Source: Octopus bimaculoides
Taxonomy: Eukaryota
Direction: 5' to 3'
Length of the DNA: 41,473 bases
Assembly: GCF_001194135.2 (NCBI RefSeq)
Contig: NC_069001.1
Span: forward strand, 11,727,490 to 11,768,962
In this document: piece after piece, positions 34,951 to 41,473 of the stretch
Numbering within the stretch: the first letter of the stretch is position 1
Layout of the letters: the number at the start of each line of letters is the position of its first letter
Program-made: the position numbers and the translations under genes
Notes under the pieces: model-generated
The model's database searches: none
Told to the model about the DNA's origin: nothing
What the model saw: only the letters and a program-made list of their open reading frames with translations

Positions 34951-35530
34951 GAGACACACACACATTTGAGCGCGCACATATACATAGAAACATATATGCA
35001 ATATAAGCAACAAAACTAAGAAGGAGTTTAGTACATCTTTGTTAGTAGTCACAATGTGGTTTCCGGTTCATTATATTAGAGATGCACTTCATCACATTAG
35101 CGTAAATATGTAGGCTTTTACATTGTGTGACAAGCATGTTTTCTACGCTGTTTATATAGGGAAGTAACATAAAGCGTAAATATAAAATGATAAATGAAAT
35201 GAATAAGAAGGATGGTGATGTTAAAAATTACAAGAAAACTAAAAGAGATAAAATAATAAGAAGACAAAAGAGACGAAGTAGTTGATATTTTCGCGAATTT
35301 CGCTGAATATACTGCGGAACTAGTGGAATTCATTTCTAATGTAGGCCATCATAGCTCTCGGATGGGTAGGTACGAATCATGGTGCACAAATAGACTCTGC
35401 CACTTTTACTGTAAATGTTAGTGCTGACGGATGTGATCTATATGACTTTGAGTTCTAAATCAAACAGAGATAAAAAGATAAGGAAACGTTGCTATTGGGG
35501 TGCTCCAATTCAAATATCTATCTGTGTACG

Positions 35531-35535
<5 letters not shown>

Positions 35536-35610
<75 letters not shown>
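35536..35610. repeat. (TG)n(AG)n microsatellite
   Basis: Directly visible, abutting an N-gap. Confidence 0.95.
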
Positions 35611-36224
35611 NNNNNNNNNNNNNNNNNNNNNNNNNNNNNNNNNNNNNNNNNNNNNNNNNNNNNNNNNNNNNNNNNNNNNNNNNNNNNNNNNNNNNNNNNN
35701 NNNNNNNNNNNNNNNNNNNNNNNNNNNNNNNNNNNNNNNNNNNNNNNNNNNNNNNNNNNNNNNNNNNNNNNNNNNNNNNNNNNNNNNNNNNNNNNNNNNN
35801 NNNNNNNNNNNNNNNNNNNNNNNNNNNNNNNNNNNNNNNNNNNNNNNNNNNNNNNNNNNNNNNNNNNNNNNNNNNNNNNNNNNNNNNNNNNNNNNNNNNN
35901 NNNNNNNNNNNNNNNNNNNNNNNNNNNNNNNNNNNNNNNNNNNNNNNNNNNNNNNNNNNNNNNNNNNNNNNNNNNNNNNNNNNNNNNNNNNNNNNNNNNN
36001 NNNNNNNNNNNNNNNNNNNNNNNNNNNNNNNNNNNNNNNNNNNNNNNNNNNNNNNNNNNNNNNNNNNNNNNNNNNNNNNNNNNNNNNNNNNNNNNNNNNN
36101 NNNNNNNNNNNNNNNNNNNNNNNNNNNNNNNNNNNNNNNNNNNNNNNNNNNNNNNNNNNGACGATGACAGGTGGTGTAGTAAACAAGCAAATGTATTAGT
36201 ATAAAGCTCGGGAATTGAAAAAGT

Positions 36225-36260
36225 CTTTAACGTTTCGAGCCTACGCTCTTCCACAGAAAG
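36225..36260 (-). ncRNA. Minimal type I hammerhead-like motif with A6-to-U core variant
   Basis: Minus strand: CTTT CTGTGGA A GAGC-gtag-GCTC GAAA CG TT AAAG. Stems I and II are perfectly paired, stem III is palindromic ACGT, and the triplet is GUU. Confidence 0.55.
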
Positions 36261-36599
36261 GAACAGAGAAAGAAACAAGGAGCGAAACAGGGAGAGAAAA
36301 AAATGTGTGTAGTGGTTAGCGATCTCTCATATGTATATATGTATGTATGTTCTTTTAATATTAATTGTCGGAAGAATTGGTATCCATTAATGTAGGAGTG
36401 TTAATAGCATTTTATGCTATTATCACTACTATTTCTTTGAAGACTCGGGTACATCTAGAATAGGTGCAGATTTCTGTGCACCTACTCAGGAATTCCGAAA
36501 AGTGAAAACCAAAATAGTAAGCAGCCAACTCGATCGATGTATGTACTTTTGCACGCACGTGTGAGAGCGAATGTGTGCTAGTTTGTGTCTCAGATTTTG

Positions 36600-36800
36600 C
36601 GTTTGTCTACCACCACAGTTTAACAACCGGTGTTGGCTTCCTTACGTCCCCGTATATCTAGCCGTTGTGCAAAACGAAACAGATAGAATAAGCACCACAC
36701 TTAAAAAAAAAAAAAGTACTGCAGTCGATTCGTTCGACTAAAACCGTTAAAGGCAGTGCTGCACCATGGCCGGCGTCCAATGACTGCAACAAGTGAAAGA
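36600..36800 (+). mobile_element. SINE family A 3' fragment
   Basis: aacaaccggtgttgg...ttacgtccccgta...gatagaataagcacc...gtcgattcgttcgactaaaa...ccatggccg...tgactgcaacaag. Confidence 0.75.
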
Positions 36801-37637
36801 TTAAAGAACTCAAAGTGTATGCAACGCCAATGAAGTGATCTCAGATGTCTCTGCCAAGCCCGATTTCCAACAATTATTAATTGCCTGTTCCGCAGCTTTT
36901 TCTTCTCCATCTTCGCCGCCCCAGGTACGTCCTCTCTGTAAATATTTTAACAACAAGTAAAACAACAAATACAATAATCCGAAGGTAGTGTTTTCTATCC
37001 ATTCCTCACAAGTTAATGAGATATTTTTCTAGATGTTTATTATTTTATTATTATTATTTTTTTTATTTTTTATTTTTACAGATGCTTTGAACTGAATCAA
37101 ACGGATCTTTGAAATATTTTGTTTTTGTTTGTTTCTTTTTGTTTCTTTTTTTGTTTTACATTTCTTGTCATGGTTAATGATCCAGCTATAGCACTCTTAA
37201 GGAACAGAAGTTATATACAAAAATACAAACACACACAAGTATAGACATTTATGCCCGTATATATATATATATATATATAAGAAACAATAAAATAATAAAG
37301 CAAAACAAAAGAAGGTAAAAGAAAGCGTAAAAAAGGAAAATAACGAAAGAGAACAACATATGAAAGAAATACAATTAAATAGAAAAAAGAAAAAAACAAT
37401 GCTTATTTGAAGTCGATTTGTTTAATCATACATTTCTAGATTCTGGAAAGCTACCTATTTCGATGTTGATATATAATAACGTTTCATTGCGTTTAAAGAA
37501 CAGAGCACTAACACAATCCATAGTTTAGGTACACACACACACTCGCACAGGTATACATACAAATATATATGTATAATATATGCATACAGGTACACATATA
37601 TATATATACAGAGGTATACATATACATATATACAGGT

Positions 37638-37702
<65 letters not shown>

Positions 37703-38579
37703 NNNNNNNNNNNNNNNNNNNNNNNNNNNNNNNNNNNNNNNNNNNNNNNNNNNNNNNNNNNNNNNNNNNNNNNNNNNNNNNNNNNNNNNNNNNNNNNNNN
37801 NNNNNNNNNNNNNNNNNNNNNNNNNNNNNNNNNNNNNNNNNNNNNNNNNNNNNNNNNNNNNNNNNNNNNNNNNNNNNNNNNNNNNNNNNNNNNNNNNNNN
37901 NNNNNNNNNNNNNNNNNNNNNNNNNNNNNNNNNNNNNNNNNNNNNNNNNNNNNNNNNNNNNNNNNNNNNNNNNNNNNNNNNNNNNNNNNNNNNNNNNNNN
38001 NNNNNNNNNNNNNNNNNNNNNNNNNNNNNNNNNNNNNNNNNNNNNNNNNNNNNNNNNNNNNNNNNNNNNNNNNNNNNNNNNNNNNNNNNNNNNNNNNNNN
38101 NNNNNNNNNNNNNNNNNNNNNNNNNNNNNNNNNNNNNNNGTATGTGTGTGTGTGTGTTTGTGTGTTAATGGATAACCCAGTAATGAATACAGAAAGCGGA
38201 GTTAAGTGTCTGCTACACGGTTTCAATTCTCGATTGAAAAAAGATCGGTGCGTAAGTCAATTAAATATATTCGCACAATGGCTGAACGTAATCAAGCAGA
38301 AACTTACCCATTCACTCCATGAATGTGACACTTTGTTCTAATTTAATTTTACCAATAAGCTCATTTGCACTGACATCTACATACATACATACATGCATAC
38401 ATACATACATACATACATACATACATACATACATACACGAACAAGGCACACACATTTTAGTTTTTGTTTTAGCTTTCCATTTTCAATTTCCTTGTTTCCG
38501 CGTTCTCTATATGCTGCCATTTCAGTTTTTTCGCCTTTCCTCTCATTCACTTTCTGTAGTTCTTTATGATATTTGGTTT

Positions 38580-38634
38580 GTACCTGAAGAATATATTTGA
38601 GATATTTCTCAACATACGAAACTATGAGTAGCAT
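38580..38634 (+). ncRNA. Degenerate type I hammerhead
   Basis: gtac CTGAAGA (38584-38590) ...TTGAGA-tatt-TCTCAA...catac GAAA (38618-38621) CT-atg-AG TA gcat. Core boxes are intact; stem I and outer stem II carry mismatches. Confidence 0.5.
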
Positions 38635-38813
38635 ATAAAAACATGGAGTACGATTTTTGCTGAATTTCCATAGAACTGTACATTATATATATATATATAC
38701 GGTAGCGTCCAATTCTCTAACGGTTTTTTTCAAATGAATCACGTCATAACCTTATCCATCTATTGTTTTCATACTCGGTCATAATGTCTTACGTTTAAGA
38801 TGATTCCCATGCT

Positions 38814-38897
38814 TTCCCTGATGAGAAGGTTACAATTTTAATATCACAGATCCCTATAGATCACACAGGTTGTAATCCTTTGAAACATATGTAGGAA
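38814..38897 (+). ncRNA. Type I hammerhead ribozyme with long stem II
   Basis: TTCC CTGATGA (38818-38824) GAAGG-TTACAA...TTGTAA-T-CCTTT GAAA (38882-38885) CATATG (palindromic ACATATGT) TA (GUA, cut after 38893) GGAA. Confidence 0.78.
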
Positions 38898-38964
38898 TAA
38901 AGTATGCAATTATAACATGCGTTTTCTCCATTCCTTAAATTTATATATATATATATATATGTAA

Positions 38965-39110
38965 TTTCTTTTACTTCTTGCAGTCAGTTGACTGCGATCA
39001 TGCTTGTGCACCGCCTTTAATCGAACACATCGACTCCAGGACTTATTCTTGTGTAAAACTAGTACTTATTCTGTCGGTCTCTTTTGTCAAACGGTTGTGT
39101 TTGCTTACGT
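38965..39110 (-). mobile_element. SINE family A 3' fragment
   Basis: ttgactgcgatcatgcttgtgcaccgcctttaatcga...ggacttattcttgtg...agtacttattctgtcggtctcttttg. Confidence 0.8.
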
Positions 39111-39204
39111 AGCAACGCCTCTATCACCAAAGGACTTCCGAAAAGTGATTTATATATTGTACATGCATTGAACATAGATATACATGCACAAACACACGCC
39201 CACA

Positions 39205-39246
<42 letters not shown>

Positions 39247-39294
39247 AACATATACTCATACATATATCGTACATGCATTATACACCCATCCGCT

Positions 39295-39353
<59 letters not shown>

Positions 39354-41473
39354 TGTTTGTGTGTCTTTGTATGGCTATGTATTTTGGTGAGTTCTTGTAT
39401 ACACCAATTTCTTTTGTGACTTATCTTATTCCTTCTAACTGTGAAAATATTTGATTCTGCTTTGAAACGATGTTTGGAATGTTTTAATTAGTTTCGTGAT
39501 ATTTCTCATTCAATTGATTTGGTTGACGAAAATGGAAAAAAAACCTGTTATTTACCTTAAAATCTCCAGCAATACAAATCGCACGTTTTTTACTTAAGTG
39601 TCGACGTCTTCCAATCTCTTAAAAATCAATAGTTTCCATCTAGATAATGAGTAAGTTTCTATGTGGACTATCAATTCTCTAAAAATAATAGCCATACAGC
39701 AATTATGCAGCATATCTTTATCTAAAGTAATAGGACTGGCGCTTCGAATTTTGTAGTACCAGGTTTGCTATTTCTAAACAAAACGATAGGATATTCTTGT
39801 CTATAGTATATTTAATTATAAGTTTAGAGATCTGTCCTGGCACTATATAATTTCTAAGCAACAGCCATTTATTTTCCTGCAGATGTAAAATCCTTTTCTC
39901 TCAAATCGTGGGTTTTATCCAGCCAGATATCAGACTATAGGATAAATAGACTTACAAGATTAAAAATCGCATGCAAATCTCCTTCTTGTTTTATGATGTG
40001 CTCTATAAAAAAGTATAAAAGCATGCCACGTATAAAATGTTCTTAAAGGTAAACGTTCTAAATAATAAATCTATGTTTAACAATTTACTACAATATCTTT
40101 GGTTATAGGTCAACTAAATCAGGGATGAACCTATGAAGCAACAATAGCATAATATCTAATTTTTGCTATATTCCATTGAACTAAAGGAACAATTTCAAGT
40201 GGACGCGTAATCACAGAGACGTGAGTTCGATTCTCATGGCAGGCTAGTAACGTATTTTTCTGCAATGTATGGATAATTTATCCTGATTACGCTGTTTATT
40301 AGCATTATCACGCGTTTGAAAAATAAATTCATTTCTGTCTCTTACAACACATCTCAACGCTTCTAAAAAAAAAGAAAAAAAGAACAAACTTTGTTTGTTT
40401 ACTTTCATCGTAAAGTTGAATAATCAAATCATATTTAAATATCGGCATAACTGTTAAAGTATGGATAAGAGATGTTTCTTACTATTTGTGAATATAGATT
40501 GGAATCTTTATACTTGGAAAGTCGTTACACATAGCCCTGCTAGATTAGGACTGGACCTGTATGATTAAGCGGTTAATGTTTGCAAACCTAAATACTCATT
40601 CTCACGTGACGAGAAATACATAGGTGTTTTAGTCAGTGAATTTTATTGAACAAACTGTTATATACTATATTTTGGAGAAAAATAACTTCATGGTAAATGC
40701 TGTCTTGCAAGTCTTATGTTTGCTGTTTACTTACGACCCTTTCACATATTTCATTCACTCACCGAAAATACTGCTATGTTTTACCAAGCTGGCAATGCGC
40801 CTCCTTGTGTTTTACACACACTTCTAGTACATGATAGAAAAGACAAAATTTCGGGAATATATGAAACAGTTTCGAAACTTAAGTAAGCGAGGATGATCTA
40901 TCGAACGTAAATTGCTGAAACCATCCACATTTCTTAAGTGCAGTTTTGAGGTGAGAGGTGTGTCACGGTCTTGAAGTGTGTTCAGTTAAATTATGAAAGT
41001 AAAACTTTTCACCGACTGCTTTATTTATTGGCTTTTCGATATTTTAAAAATATATGATTATAAATAATCAATATTTCAAAACTTTTTTTTTATATATAGA
41101 TTTTAACAAAACAAAGTAAATCGACTTTTAGTGTCTTTTACCAACTTTGAAATATATGCCCTTTGATGTTCTATTATCTCGCAATGTAACACTCACTCTG
41201 CTCTCCCTACCTCTCTCTCTCTCTCTCTTTCTCTCCCTTTGTATCTCTCTCTCTCTTTATACACATGCACTTATACACTCACGCACACGCATATATATAT
41301 AGACATACTCGCACAAATACATATATCTCAATATATGCATACACGTGAAATCATATATTCACATTGGTGCACATATATATTAATTATATACATACATGTT
41401 TGTGTGTGTATATATATATATATGCATGTATGCATATATATATATATATATATACATATATACGTACATATAT

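Noticed and set aside
36846-36932. Candidate internal exon (AG...CCCCAG|GTACGT; DVSAKPDFQQLLIACSAAFSSPSSPPQ)
   Set aside because: The acceptor lacks a polypyrimidine tract and there is no recognisable homology.
990-39419. Dozens of long ORFs rich in YI/HT/CV or X
   Set aside because: They are translations of (TA)n/(CA)n microsatellites and N-gaps, not genes.
39540-39620. Minus-strand ICIAGDFK resembling the LINE endonuclease GDFN motif
   Set aside because: A single short motif with no other APE motifs recognisable nearby.
40825-40890. GAAA-CTTAAG-TA palindromic stem III-like motif
   Set aside because: The upstream core (CATGATA) needs two edits and stem I does not pair.

Overview
AT-rich, repeat-saturated eukaryotic DNA with 14 N-gaps, most flanked by (TA)n/(CA)n microsatellites. 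The SINE families, microsatellite load and TE mix resemble an octopod cephalopod draft assembly (inferred from repeat resemblance, not verified). No host protein-coding gene can be supported: nearly all listed ORFs are microsatellite or N read-through. The window is a mosaic of decayed elements: three mariner fragments (one with a DD34D triad), CR1/L2-, RTE- and L1/Tx1-type LINE fragments, a Penelope-like RT, a Helitron helicase tail, about 20 tRNA-SINE pieces of 2-3 families, and a foldback MITE with an 8-bp TSD and a TTAGGG core. The most interesting signal is RNA-level. Five type I hammerhead-ribozyme motifs occur in four different short elements: core-intact at 4145-4187 and 38814-38897, degenerate at 38580-38634, and a two-copy family with a CUGU(N)GA variant core at 27830-27865 and 36225-36260. 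All have the tiny stem III, palindromic in four of the five, typical of dimer-forming Penelope/retrozyme hammerheads.
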